This document shows, piece by piece, positions 1-12,320 of a stretch of DNA of 64,000 nucleotides. Under the pieces are notes generated by a model. It saw only the letters and a list, made by a program, of their open reading frames with translations, was not told where the DNA came from and ran no database searches. This DNA is from Callorhinchus milii (lineage: Eukaryota). A program made the position numbers and the translations under genes. Location: positions 49,478,001 to 49,542,000 of the forward strand of contig NW_024704742.1 of NCBI RefSeq assembly GCF_018977255.1. The letters are read 5' to 3'. Positions within the stretch are counted from its first letter, which is position 1. Each line of letters starts with the position of its first letter.

Positions 1-142
1 TGGTCGCCCTCCCAACCCCACCCTTCCTGCCCTCCACCCCTCCTGACCCCAAACCCCTACTCAGGTCCAAATCCCTGACTGTCCAGCGCCTTGGGACGTC
101 CTTCTGACATGAAAGGCTCTATACAAATGTAATTTGTTGTTG
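1..142 (+). mobile_element. L2 LINE 3' end
   Basis: C-rich 3'UTR, agcgccttgggacgtccttctgacatgaaaggctct stem-loop and (TTG)n tail, as in other L2 copies in the window. Confidence 0.8.
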
Positions 143-194
143 TTATACCTCAATTGGCCAATATTTCTTTGTTGTTTCCATAACATACGATATA

Positions 195-390
195 TTTTTG
201 GCCCACAAAATATACAGCCAATTCACTTTACAGTATACTCTGTGAATTTTGGATTTTGAGACTATTGCATAACGTGATAAGGCGCTATATCCAATGCAAG
301 GATTATTATTATCATATCCATGATCCCAGTGAAGCACTTTGAGATATCCTCCTGACATGAAAAGATCAAATGTAAGGATTATTATTTTTA
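195..390 (+). mobile_element. SINE 3' fragments
   Basis: cccacaaaatatacag...gataaggcgctatatccaatgcaaggattattatt, then a second tail fragment. Confidence 0.7.
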
Positions 391-492
391 ATTACTTTTA
401 TAAGAGTGCGTGTACAAACTTGGGCCACAGTGTACATGTTTAAGATTGAAACTGCTAATCCAGCGAGTCAGGTTTGCCAGCTTTTCACTCAC

Positions 493-534
493 TCTCCATC
501 TTGTTCCATTTTCTTAACATTTTTGCCTCAGTTT
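493..534 (-). other. Candidate 42-nt exon of an unidentified transcript
   Basis: On minus, a long pyrimidine tract ends ...ctttcctctgcaccatAG, followed by 42 nt and GA|GTGAGT. Only the phase-1 frame is open (xTEAKMLRKWNKMEx). Confidence 0.3.
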
Positions 535-1769
535 CTATGGTGCAGAGGAAAGATGGCTCAGGCAGTGGAAGGGAAAGTAGAAAAAGACCTTCAGTCTGCT
601 TGATATCACTCTGATTGATGTTCCATGCAGCCTCACAGAAATAGAGATACCCTTAAAGTCAAATTGTCTGATGCTTTTCTCTAAGATTCTTTTGACCTTC
701 AATCGCTCTGGGTCTCAGGAAACAATAATAGACGGCACTGACTATAATTGTCAAGTCCTCATTCAGTCAGCCACAAGTCTTTCCTCAGATTGACTGCAAA
801 AATTTTCAAAGCTCTGAACCATCTCATTGAACCCATAACTAGTCTCTCTCCAGATGTTTTACAAGGATATCTTTCTTCACAACTGTCACTAAGTATTGAT
901 TGACATTGTTGAGAGACAATGCCATGAGAGAGGTTGAACTGGTTTACTGGGCAATTTTTTCTGAGTTAAAAGTTGTTTTGGATACTCTTCCAGGAAGAAA
1001 GAAGAAGAATTTTCTCCCTGATCTAAAGAAAGGACATGACTGTAATGCATGTCCTTTATAAGCAGCCTTTACAAGCTGCCCAATACTTACAATCCACACT
1101 GTACAATTAATCTATATTTTTGTTATTTGAATGGATCACTGTGCAGATTGTAATGATCAGTAGAATGGATGAATATAAAAGATCCTCGATTCTCTGGCAA
1201 TTTCAATAATTCAACAGGGACAATCACCCTTTCATTATCGGGGTAATAAAGGTTCTCAAAGGTTCACAATGTAACAGGCACCTTACAGTTTGGTAATAAC
1301 TAGATTCAACTGTAATCTTTTTCTTCAACGGTGAATTGTAAAATTTGGGGCACCTGTATTATTCTGAACATGGTAAGTCCCATTGACTATTAGCCCAACT
1401 ATCATTGTAGACCCCTATTGTGGGTGTTGTATAGCTTGCTTTGATGGCAGTGTGCATTACTCAATCAGTTCTGAAACAGTAAATAACTTTGATTTGAATA
1501 GAATAATCTGAGAGAATACAAACCTAAATTTAATAATCACTTTTATTTTTTGATCAGTACTGATTCTGATGAAGGTTTCACACCACAAACACTGAATGAT
1601 CTTTTTCTTTTAGATATTGAGCAAATAGTTCAATAGTAATATACTGTTACGCTGGTTGTGCTGTTGACTTGGATCATTTCCTGATTTTCTTTTCATCTGC
1701 ACATGAGGAGGATTGGTATTACAGTCCTCTGTTACTGAATTCCATAATATGTGGTCACAAGTATTGGCT

Positions 1770-2115
1770 GAGGTCAGCCTGGCTCTGTGGTAGCACTCTC
1801 ACCTCCGAGTGAGAAGGTTATGGGTTTAAGCTCCATTTTGGGACTTTGAACTCATATAGTCAAGACTGTTGCCTCAATCCAGTGGCGGAAGTGTGCTGCA
1901 ATGCTGGAGGTGTCAAATTTTCGATGAAACCTTAAATCAAGATCCCATCTGCCTGTTCAGATAGATGTTAAAGATCCTGTGACACTATTCAAAAAGAGAA
2001 GGCAGTTTCTTATGGTGTCCAGGCCAACAATCACGCATACAAAATTGGTCATTCGCATCATGTCTATTTGTAGGATACTGCTGTGCACAAATTGGCTATA
2101 ATACACAGTCACTAT
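1770..2115 (+). mobile_element. Deu-domain SINE (older family)
   Basis: tRNA-like head (tggtagcactctcacctccgagtgagaagg) followed by the Deu-type body gttaaagatcctgtgacactattcaaaaagagaagg...tgctgtgcacaaattggct. Confidence 0.75.
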
Positions 2116-2169
2116 CCTTAACCTGCTCTTTGAAGTCTTAACCAGTTTCAACCAAATGTTTTGTTTTCT

Positions 2170-2512
2170 ATTCAGTGGTTAGAGCACTCGCCTTGCAAGC
2201 GAGAGACCTGGGTTTGATTCTCGGCAGGGTGAAACCTTGGGCAAGTTTCCTTACCCCACACACTTCTGTTTTTGTAGCAGAAAGTAGGAACCCAGTCGTT
2301 TCCAGGGGTATAATTCCTTCAAAGAAATAATAATAAATAAATTTATCACCCAATCCATGACTGTTTGTGTGGCACTGCTGAATGCAATTGGCTGCCGCAT
2401 TTTGCCTATAAAATATACAGTCAATTCGCTTTACAGTATATTCCATGAAGTGCTTTGAGATGTCTTGAAGACATGATAAGGCGCTATATCAAATGCAAGG
2501 ATTATTATTATA
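2170..2512 (+). mobile_element. tRNA-derived SINE (long subtype)
   Basis: A box cagtggttagagc, B box gggtttgattc, ccttgggcaagtttcc body and (TTA)n tail. Confidence 0.88.
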
Positions 2513-3381
2513 TTTCAACCTTGGTGAAATTCTGCACTTTGGCTAATGTGGGTTTCTGAGTGCTATAGAAACACTGGACATTGACCTGAAAATTGCATCA
2601 GCTTTAAATTCAGTTTAAGATGGTCACAAAGCAATCAGACTGTGCATCACTCATAACTTTCATCTGTTGTGTTAGATAGAAGACTTGGAGAAATAACAGG
2701 TAAATCCTCTTGGGGCTGAGCAACAACTCAAAGCAGTCAGAGTCCTGAGCAGCTACTCATCAGTTAGCATTCTCAGGGAAGATAATCCAGAATGAATTGC
2801 AAATCTTCAGCAGAGCCAAATAGTTCAGTAACTTTAAAGGATTTGTGGTTCAACATTTCAGCTACCATCGTAACCTGCATAACAGTGAGAATAGTGTTGA
2901 GTAGCATCAATGCCAGACAAATCTGTATCGACAGTTGTACGCTCTCCCCTTCGATTAACACAGAATCTAAAATACAATAGAACCTCACTAATCCGGTCAC
3001 TCAAGGGACTGGACAAAAGTGACCTAATTTGTGACGTGACCTGATTACTGAAACTGATGTAATGTTAAAGGCATTAGTAAAGGGCAAGGGTGATGAACAT
3101 TCAACAACCATACTTCGCAGTCTCATTAAAATAAAGGCATTGTCACATTTAAAACAATAGCTGTCATGTAGTCAGTCTTCCTTTCGAGAATGGATCCAAC
3201 TTGTTCTCTGCCAATGCCATTAATCACAGCTAACTATCTATGACTTTTGCTCTCACTGTTTTTGATTATGGCCACTCTATCACGTAAAGACAACGCCTTT
3301 CGTGGTGGCATGTTTACAACACTTATCAACAGTCACTAAATCAAAACAATGTACACACTAACCATGTGCTCTGAATACAGC

Positions 3382-3660
3382 ACTTACCCAGAAATGGCCG
3401 CAAAAGCTCAGGTTAGACCGCAGGAGTCGGGTAAAGTTGATTTTCCACTCACATCGCTTCTGCAACCTGAATACTCCCCGCGCCAGCACGACCGGAGCCC
3501 ACTCCGCCCACAGAAGCAGTGTTGAGGAAACAGAGCGAGAAGCCCGAGGCCTAGCACACAGGTTGGTAGCAGAGGTGGGTGTTTGAAGAGGAGAGCGCTG
3601 TAACGGCTGGAATCAATGACTGTTGTCCTGAATAGTGAGGTCCCCGGTTTACTGAAGCAG
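3382..3660 (-). promoter_or_regulatory. CpG-rich patch; candidate promoter or non-coding first exon of a minus-strand transcript
   Basis: About 14 CpGs in roughly 250 bp of non-repeat-looking DNA in a CpG-poor window. GC box GGGCGGAG at 3509-3502 (minus). Two consensus donors on minus: AT|GTGAGT (3452-3447) and TGG|GTAAGT (3387-3382). Confidence 0.4.
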
Positions 3661-4084
3661 ACAGACTATCTTTTAACATTGACAATGAAAGAGACTGTGA
3701 AAATGCATCTGCAATTGTGATGTGGCTGGATAGCTGAGGTGACTGCACACTGGGTTTCTACTGTACTATGTAATAACTATTTGTTAATTTTAGATAGAGC
3801 AGGTACGAATAAACACCTTCAGATGGATTATTTTAACCTAGAATTCATAAAGATAACTGTAAAATTGAAAACATTGACAACTCTTGGAGCATTATATAAT
3901 ACAAAGATTATGTCTAATCTGTCTATGCACACTGTGTCTAGTTGACAAAAGAGAGCAGCCATGCATGGGCAACCACAGACGGTAGAGACAACATTGCAGA
4001 ATAAAGCCAAGCTACTGGTGACTTGAAGATCAGCAAGAACTAGCACATGCAGCAGCAAAAAAATTAAAATTGATGTCTGACTGA

Positions 4085-4265
4085 AATACTCAGAGGGTAA
4101 TTGCCAACTGGAACAAGTCACCAGGAAGTGTGATTGAGGATAGGACACTGAAATCATTTAAAACGCAGCTTGATATAGTGTGGCTGGAGGATGGTAGAGT
4201 GGATATTCTGGGGGATGAGATTGGACGGGCCGAAAGGACCTTCTTCATCCAAACCAATCTTATGA
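4085..4265 (+). mobile_element. CR1-type LINE 3' remnant
   Basis: Degraded ORF2 end (cagagggtaatt...tggaac) and 3'UTR gggccgaaaggaccttcttcatccaaacc. Similar remnants lie near 21560-21650, 23980-24080, 41870-41940 and 50250-50450. Confidence 0.6.
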
Positions 4266-4903
4266 AAAAGGAGTTAAAATAAGAAAGAATTGGAGGAGAG
4301 AACAAGAGACAAAATGAAGTTACAGAAATTATAGCAAGTGTTAGAATCTGTCGTTGTTATATCTCATGCATTAACAAGGACATTAATATTTATGGCTCTC
4401 ATGGTGGTGATTTATTCTCTGTGATTTACAGGTCTTGTATGGCACTGATGGAACTACTTTGCAGCAAATTTCATGCATGCCCTAATCACCCTTTCTACGG
4501 ATCCATTGAACAAAGTACATTTTCCCTATCAAGTTGAGGTTAAACTATATAGCAAATTCACTTCAGACAAGTGAGGCTAACCATCACAGTGATTAACTTT
4601 GTTTCCATTGTGTCACTGCAATATATATGTAACTCTTTTGACAATGCATTTGTATTACATAATTGTTTGCTTCACAGGTTGCATATCACTCTGTTCAGTC
4701 TGGTAATCTGGGTATCACTGTTTGATTTTAAATTGAATAATAGAAAGCGGTGCGTGGTAGGAGGAAGATAGGAATGAAGGTTTAGGATCCCATGATTCCT
4801 AATGTGGCAAGTTACTTAGTGAGGTCAACCCTTTCGTCACAAGCACATCTTCTATCTTCTTTTATCTTCTGTGTATATATATGTATATATATACATACAT
4901 ATA

Positions 4904-5503
4904 TCTATACTAAAACAACAATATTGTCTGTGCTTCAGGAAGGATCTCAATAACTGATTGACATGGAGACATGATTTATATCGCATTGGAAAGGCCTTTC
5001 AACTGGGAGTGACATTGGCATATTTGTTTTCAGGTATCTCCTATCGTTTATGAGTTATTTTAGTTTTGCATTTTTCACTGCAGTTGCACCTGGTGACCGC
5101 TGAGTCAAAGTGGTGCTGTGGCATCCTACGTCACAGAGCACGCATGTAGCAAGCAATGGAAACAAAATAAAGAACACAGACGAAGCTAAGCTAAGCTATG
5201 GCAGCAACAACAAAATCACATTTTTAAAGAGCCTTTCACATCGGAAAGACATCCCAGTAATTATAAAGTATACACTTATATTTATCATTATAAAGATGCC
5301 TAAGTGAAAATCAAACCTTTCAAGCATAAGTAAAAATCCTAGACAAAAGAGAACAGGCCGTTAAATGAAACTGAAGAACAAGGTCTTCCCACAGGAGTCC
5401 TCCTAGATGACTATAGTTAAAGATGAAATGTCTGTCTGTGTGTCAACCTACATCCCATATTGAATCCTTTAGTTGCAAACAAAGTTGCAACGGGCACAGC
5501 TAG
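4904..5503 (+). mobile_element. Non-autonomous Helitron-like element(s)
   Basis: 5' end A|TCTATACTAA at 4903/4904. 3' hairpin gttgcaa-acaaag-ttgcaac (5472-5491), then 8 nt and CTAG|T (5500-5504). The first ~150 bp is homologous to 20763-20925. Confidence 0.6.
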
Positions 5504-6496
5504 TAAGAGAATAAATGGGGATAAGGGAATAGAGACAGAGTCCTCTAAATCCAGCTTTATGCTTTTCCTCGTGACTAGTGAAAGATTGGCTCACGTAAAA
5601 TCTGGGAAAAGGATGTCTGTCCACGCACTCGATCTAATAATAAATGACTAAAAATTGGTGAATATATAAATGAATTAACTGTATCTTAAAATGCTAATTT
5701 AATTCCTCCAAACTAATCTGTGTGAGACCATTAGTGATGGATGGCAGCCAGTTGTTGCCATGGCTCAAAAATATTCATGTATTTCAATCCAAATTACTAA
5801 GAATTGTGTGAGAAAGTTGAGAAAATGCAGGCAAATATTATGCAGATGAAATTTTTGGCTGTTAAATAAATCAAGGTTGGATTATGATAATTATACTGCA
5901 CATGTAACGTGCATTGATGTCTTTGTTGCTATGCAACCTTGTATCTCAGTGTGTTTGTAATAATTGTCCTTTCTGCATTCATTACATTTATAGACTGAAG
6001 AATCCTTTTTTGTGGATGAGATGACTGATGCGTTTCGACATTATTACTAAGTTACCTCAAACTGCTTGACAGAAGAAAAGAATTTTAAACCAAGTTCGAT
6101 CTTTAGAAACCACTGTAACTTTGATCTGATGGAGATGAACTTACCATGACTCTATATTGCTCAGTCTCTTTTTAATGCAGCATTTAGCTACCAAAAAATT
6201 CCATCTACATAATCTTTCACTGCAATTTTGCAGGTTTCTCATGAAATTACCATATCTATAGAATCATTTTGTTATGGATTATATCTAAGTTGGATTTCTC
6301 CCTCTACTGCCCAGGTACTTGACAAAATTAGGGCCAAAATTTGTATATTACATCACTAAAGCTTATTTTGTAAGGATTTAGACCTATTGGAACATTTCTA
6401 TCCTGGGAATTTCTAGAGAAACAAAAATATCCTAGGTTCCCATACTTTAGCTAAGACTGAAGAGGCAGTCTTTATATCTGCCCACTCAATAAACAA

Positions 6497-7011
6497 GTAA
6501 TAATAATAATAATCCTTGCATATGATATAACACCTTTCCGGTCAGTAGGATGCTTCAAAGTACTGCATAGGAAACATTGTAAAGTGTAGTGACTGTATTT
6601 TGCATGCGAATGAGATAGCCAATTTGTGCACAGTGATATCAAACAAATAGCCATGAAGTAAATGCTCAATTTTATTTGGGAGATTGCTATCCAAGACACC
6701 AGGAGAAATTTCTCTTTTCAAATAATGGCATAGGATCTTTAACAGCCACCTGAACATGGGACTCAGTTTAACATCTCACCTGAAGGATAATTATGCAGCA
6801 CATCCCCAGCACTTCATTGGAGTGTCAGCCGAGACTACCTGAGCCCCGACGTTGGGTTTGAACATTTTGAAAAGTGCCACAAGCAGATGAGGCCTCGCTT
6901 TAACATTTCATCCATAGGAATGGCACCTTCACCAAAGGAGTGCTCCCTCAACACTATATTGCAGTGTCAGCCTAAACTCTTTATTCAAAGTAATAATGTG
7001 TTCTTCAACCT

Positions 7012-7044
<33 letters not shown>

Positions 7045-7065
7045 AATTGAGCCAGGCCGACACTG
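6497..7065 (-). mobile_element. Deu-domain SINE plus a second adjacent SINE head fragment
   Basis: Reverse-complement tail taataatccttgcat, Deu body, and two head-proximal segments (gtgtcagcc at ~6820 and ~6965). Confidence 0.7.
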
Positions 7066-7244
7066 AACGGTAAGGGCAACCTGTATCCTTGCACTTAATT
7101 TATGAAAGACGTTGGTTTGAGTCACCAAATTCTAGGCTGCCTTACATTTGAATTTATGGTGCAGAAGGGTCCCAGTGTTGAAAATAAAGGTTGTACTGAA
7201 TGGAATAGAGGACAAAGTGTAGCATTGAGCTTTGAAACATAACT

Positions 7245-7760
7245 CCTCAGCTCCACCATTCACAAAATCCAATTAGTTCAAAACTCAGCTGCCCGCATCC
7301 TTATCTGTACTAAACTCCATTCCCCACCACCCAGTCCTTGCCAGGTTCCACTGGTTCCCTATTGCAGAAAGGCTTGATTTCAAGATTCTCACATTCATGT
7401 ACAAATCACTTCATCACCTTCTTATTTCTCTGACCTGCTTACAAGTGACTCCTCTATTCGCTCTCTTCGCTCAGCTGGCCCTGGCCTCCTGCACATCCCT
7501 CATCCTCTCTGCTCACCATATCAGCAACCGTGCTTTCAGCCACTGCACAACACGACTCTTGCTCAATCCCTCCCTCTTGCCTCCTCCTTGTCCTTCTTCA
7601 GATACAACCCTTCTTCAGATCAGTTCCTCTTTAACTATGCTTATGGTCACTTCCCTCTTTCCCTGGCTCTGCATCAAGCTCGGCATCAAGTTTCGCTATT
7701 GTTAAGCTCTCTGAGCTACTACCCCGGGTAAAGGGCACTGTGTAAGTGCGAGTTTTATGT
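7245..7760 (+). mobile_element. Degraded L2 LINE 3' portion
   Basis: Encodes remnants HKIQLVQNSAARIL...HWFPI..R.DFKIL typical of the L2 ORF2 C-terminus, plus a tail. Confidence 0.75.
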
Positions 7761-8119
7761 GTTATTATCCTCAATAGTTAGTGGGCATGTTATAGAACCT
7801 GCACATTGTCTCCACATTATATTATTGAACATTCATTGTCTGGTCTGTATGGCAACACATTCCATGTCCTAAACTCTAGCTTTTTGCAGAGCATTGTACA
7901 ATAACAGTGCCAATTTTACAAGATGGTATTTTAGGTATCCTTTGAAGCTTCCTATCTTCAATGTATCTGTGTGATCCAAGACACTTTTTTTAACTACCAA
8001 GATTTATTTTTCTCTGAAACCTCAGAAGATTTTATTTAAGAATACCATTTTATGCTGATTATTGTAGAAATGACTGTTTAAAAGGGGGTGGGGGGGAGTG
8101 AAGTGTGTTCCTTGGACTC

Positions 8120-8470
8120 TGTTTTATGCCCTAGCACCTCCTTTCCTCTCTACTCTACTCACCCTCTCCGTTCAGCTAATACAGGCCTACTGCACAACCC
8201 CCGCTGGCCTCCACACAACTATCAGTGACTGAGCCTTTAGTCACTAGGTCCCTAACCTCTGGAACTCTCTGCCTATCTGTATACCTTGATCCCTCTATCT
8301 ATCTTTAAATCTTATCTTAAAACCCATCTCTTCGATCATGCCTATGACCATCTCCCCTCCCTCTCCTCCCTTGTTCGGCATCCAACTCCTCCATTGTAAA
8401 GCACCCCAAGATGTTAACCTGCAACTTAGAAAGTTGTGAAGGGTGCTATATAAATGCAAGTTGTTGTTGG
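8120..8470 (+). mobile_element. L2 LINE 3' end (old)
   Basis: C/T-rich 3' region ending gtgaagggtgctatataaatgcaagttgttgttg. Confidence 0.7.
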
Positions 8471-8769
8471 TTTCTGTTGGTTTATTGAAGGGTAACCAAT
8501 GAATTTCAGAACACAAGAATGAATTATTTACAAATCTAATGGAATAAGGTCTTTCCATCAAAATATTTCATTTTCTTCAGAAATGTTCTTGCTATGAAAT
8601 GGTGTGACAATTTAGTTTGCCAGAGCACCTCTTTTGCAGACTGTATTTGTGAAATGAATTTCAAGCAAATCATATGTGTTTGAGCAGCTGTGGATGTTAG
8701 CTTTTGTTTTACTAACTGCCACTTTTCACCCACAAGGTACACAGTAAATCCACTTTCCAATGTATTTTG

Positions 8770-8910
8770 TGAAGTGCTTTGGGGAGGATAAGTTTGCAGG
8801 GCTATGGGGAGAGCGTGGGGAGTGAGATTGATTTGGGTAGTTCTTTTCAAAGAGCTGGTACAGACACAATGGGCTGAATGACCAGCTTCTGTGCTGTATA
8901 ATTCTATGAG
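8770..8910 (+). mobile_element. CR1-type 3' end
   Basis: Near-identical to 14030-14172 and ends in attctatg. Confidence 0.75.
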
Positions 8911-8928
8911 ACGTCTTAATAACATGAT

Positions 8929-10950
8929 ACAACAACAACAACAACAAGATTACATTTGTATAGCGCCTTTCACGTTGGGAGGACATCCCAAGGCGCTGGA
9001 CAGTGTACAGCATTTCAGACCCGAGCTGGGGTTGGGGGGGAGAAGGGAGTGGAAGTGGGGGGAGCCTGATAGCATGGTCGAAAAGGAGGGTCTTGAGGCG
9101 GGACTTGAAGGAGGCTAAGGAGGGGGCGAGGCGGAGTGATTGGGAGATGGAATTCCAGAGGTTGGGGGCAGAGTGGCTGAAGGCTCTCCCGCCAATGGTG
9201 GGGCGGGTGGGTCGGGGGACATGGAGCAGGCCAGAGCTGGCTGAGCGGAGAGAACGGGCGGGTTGGTAGGGGGTTAGGAGGTCGCAGAGGTAGGGTGGGG
9301 CGAGGCCATGGAGGGCTTTGTAGGTGAGGACAAGGATCTTGAACTTGATCCTCTAAAGGATAGGGAGCCAGTGGAGTCTGGCAAGAGTGGGGGATATGGG
9401 GTCACGAAGTTTGGTGCGAGAAGGACTTGGGCTACAGAGTTCTGGATCATCTGCCGGCTGTGGAGGGAGGAGCTGGGAAGGTCGACAAGCAGAGCATTTG
9501 CATAGTCGAGCCTGGAGGTGATGAAGGGATGAGCAAGAGTTTCAGTGGCCTGAGGGTTGAGGTAGTGGCTGAGTCAGGCAATGTTACGGAGATGAGGGAA
9601 GACAGAGCAGGTCATGGCTTGAATGTGGGGGAGAAAAGATATTTGAAGTTGAACAAAACACCTAGATTCCTGACTGGCTTGGTGAGTTGGTGAGTTGAAG
9701 TGTGCAACCATGGAGGTTGATGTTGCCAGAGCCTGAGGTGCAGAGGCGCTGGCACGAGCCAATCAGGAGGACCTCAGTCTTGTTCACATTCAACTGTTGG
9801 AAATTTTCCCTCATCCAGGACTTGATGTCCGACAGACAGTCTGTCAGGACAGCAGTGGTCTTGGAGTTGAGGGTGGAGGCAGATAGATAGAGTTGGGTGT
9901 GATCCGCATACATGTGGAAGGTGAACCCATGTTTGCGGATGATGTCACCAAGGGGGAGCATGTAGATATTAAAGAGAAGAGGGCCAAGGAAAGAGCCCAG
10001 AGCCCTGGGGGACGCCAAAGTGACAGTGCGGGGGCTGTAGGAGAAATCATTAGAGGCAACGAAGTGGAGACAGTGAGAGAGATGGGACTCAAACCAGGCA
10101 AGGGCAGATCCGTGAAGATTGTATAAAGCAGAGAGGGGTTGTCTGAAGATGGAGTGGTCGACAGTGTCGAAGGCGATAGAGAGGTCGAGGAGGACAAGGA
10201 GGCAGAGGGAGCCCTGATCACAGATGTTCAGAATGTCATTAGTGACTTTGACCAGGGCTCTTTCCCAGCGTGGAAGCTGGATTGGAGGGGTTCAAAGAAG
10301 GAATGGTGAGAGAGAAATGAGCGGAGCTGGGACATGATGACTCGTTCCATGACCTTGGAGAGGAATGGGAGGTTAGAGATGGGGCAGTAGCTGGAGAGGA
10401 GGGATGGATCCAGGGAAGGTTTTTTCAGAATGGGGGTGATGATGGTTGTTTTTAGGGGGCTGAACCAGTGGACAGGGAGAGGTTGATGACATCGGACAAG
10501 AGGGGGGGCCAGAAGGTGGAGCTGGGAGATGAGGAGAGAGGTGGGAATAGGATCGAGGGAGCAGGTGGTGGATTTGAGTTTGTGGACAGTTGTGGTGAGG
10601 GAGGAGGGAGAGATAGGGTTGAAGGAGTATAGTGGGGGATGGGTGGGAGGTGGGTCATGAGGGAGAGGTGATGTGGGGGTGGCTGTGGACGGGGCTGATG
10701 TGGCTGAACGTATCCCCTCGATTTTAGATTCGAGGAAGTCCAGCATCTCCTCACAGTTGGAGTTTGAGGAGAGGATGGACGAGGAATGGGAAGGTGGATG
10801 GAGGAGATGGTTAGTGGTGGAAAAGAGAAGCCTTTGTCTTTGTCCTTTGCCTCCAAAATAACCTTGGAATAGAAGGAGGATTTGGCGGAGGCAAGAGCAT
10901 AGCAGTAGATCTTGGTGTGGTGAAGCCAAATCTGCCGATGGACCGTTAGT
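8929..10950 (-). mobile_element. 5'-truncated L2 LINE with frameshifted ORF2 reverse transcriptase
   Basis: ORF fragments TCSLDPIPT, KKPSLDPSLLSSYCPISNLPFLSKVMER and LGPLLFNIYMLPLGDIIRKHG..HMYADHTQLY (YADD mutated). (CAA)n tail at 8929. Confidence 0.93.
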
Positions 10951-11349
10951 TTGGACAAAAACCACCACAACAACAACAACTTGACCCTCCACACAGGTTT
11001 GCATCTCAGAGTGATAGGGCGCTATATCAAATACAAAGCTTCTTATTACAATAAAATGATAGCAACAACAAATTGTATAGAGCCTTTCATGTGTTATGAA
11101 TGAAGGTTGGCACTTAAAAATACTGGCAACAGATAGAGATGATAGTACAGAAAATCTTTTCAATATAATAAAAAAAACTTAAAGGACAATCTGATCACAT
11201 TGTACTTAATTTTCTTGTGCCATTTCATCCCATTTTTTTGGTTAATTTGCTTTTCTCTCCACCATTGGATGTCTTTTTTTAGAAACAATAGGTGAAATAC
11301 CACCATCCATAACATAGCCTTTCGAAGTTTGAAATGCAGCACAAGAAAA

Positions 11350-11662
11350 TAATAATAATAATCCTTGCATTTGATATAGCGCTTTTCATGTCTTCTAGAT
11401 GTCCCAAAGCACTTCACAGAATATACTGTAAAGTGAATTGACTGTATATTTGTGGGCGAACGTGGCAGCCAATTGCGCACAGCAGTGTCCCACAAACAGT
11501 TGTAGATTGAAAATGACCAATTCATTATTGTTTTGTTTCTTGGAGGGATTATTATTAGGCGTGTGGAGTAAGGAAACTTGCCCAAGGTTTCGCCCTGCCT
11601 GGAAGTGAACTCAGGTCTCTCGCTTGCAAAGCGAGTGCTCTAACCACTGAGCTACAGGACTC
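11350..11662 (-). mobile_element. Full-length tRNA-derived SINE (short subtype)
   Basis: Head ggagtcctgtagctcagtggttagagc on minus, body and (TTA)n tail; lacks the central agtaagtaggaacc segment. Confidence 0.92.
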
Positions 11663-12059
11663 CAAATAAATTAAGAAGTGGTCAGATAATACAACACTTA
11701 AGTCCTTAAGAAGACGTGAAAAGCACTACATCAAATGCAAGGATTATTATTATATTATTATAAATCATGGTAACAACAACAACAACTTGCACTGATATAT
11801 TGCCCTTCACCCGGGGTTGCATCACAGAGCGCTTGGGAGAATGCATTTAGAATGTATGAAAAGAAGAATTGAGGAAAACTACTACAAATTAATAATAATA
11901 GGAAGAAGTGTTAATAATAATTCTTGCCTTATGTGTCATCAATGTATTTAAGAGAAAACGTAACAGAGAACAGAGGGATATAGAAGGGTTGGGCCTCCAT
12001 GTGGAGAATAAACAATGACATGGATTAATTGGGCCAAAAGGCTTGTTTCCGTGCCATGC

Positions 12060-12320
12060 CATCCTTTGGATGAGATGTTAAACTGATGTTTTGTCTGCCT
12101 GTACAGATGGACATTAAAGATCCCATGGCACTATTCGAAAAGAGAAGGGAGTTTCTCCCAATGTCCTAGCCAAGAATCCCTCAGATTAAAAAAAAATGGT
12201 CATTCACTTCATGGCTGTTTGTGGGACATTGCAAGTTAACTGAGGCACTTGCCTACGAAATAGCAGTCAGTACACTTCGCAGTAAATCCTGTGAGATCAC
12301 AGTAAAAACGCTTTGAGATC
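12060..12320 (+). mobile_element. Deu-domain SINE fragment
   Basis: aaagatcccatggcactattcgaaaagagaagggagtttctcc core. Confidence 0.75.

Noticed and set aside
10228..11163. 311-aa ORF, the longest in the track
   Set aside because: It is a chance read-through from flanking DNA into a frameshifted L2 ORF2, not a host gene.
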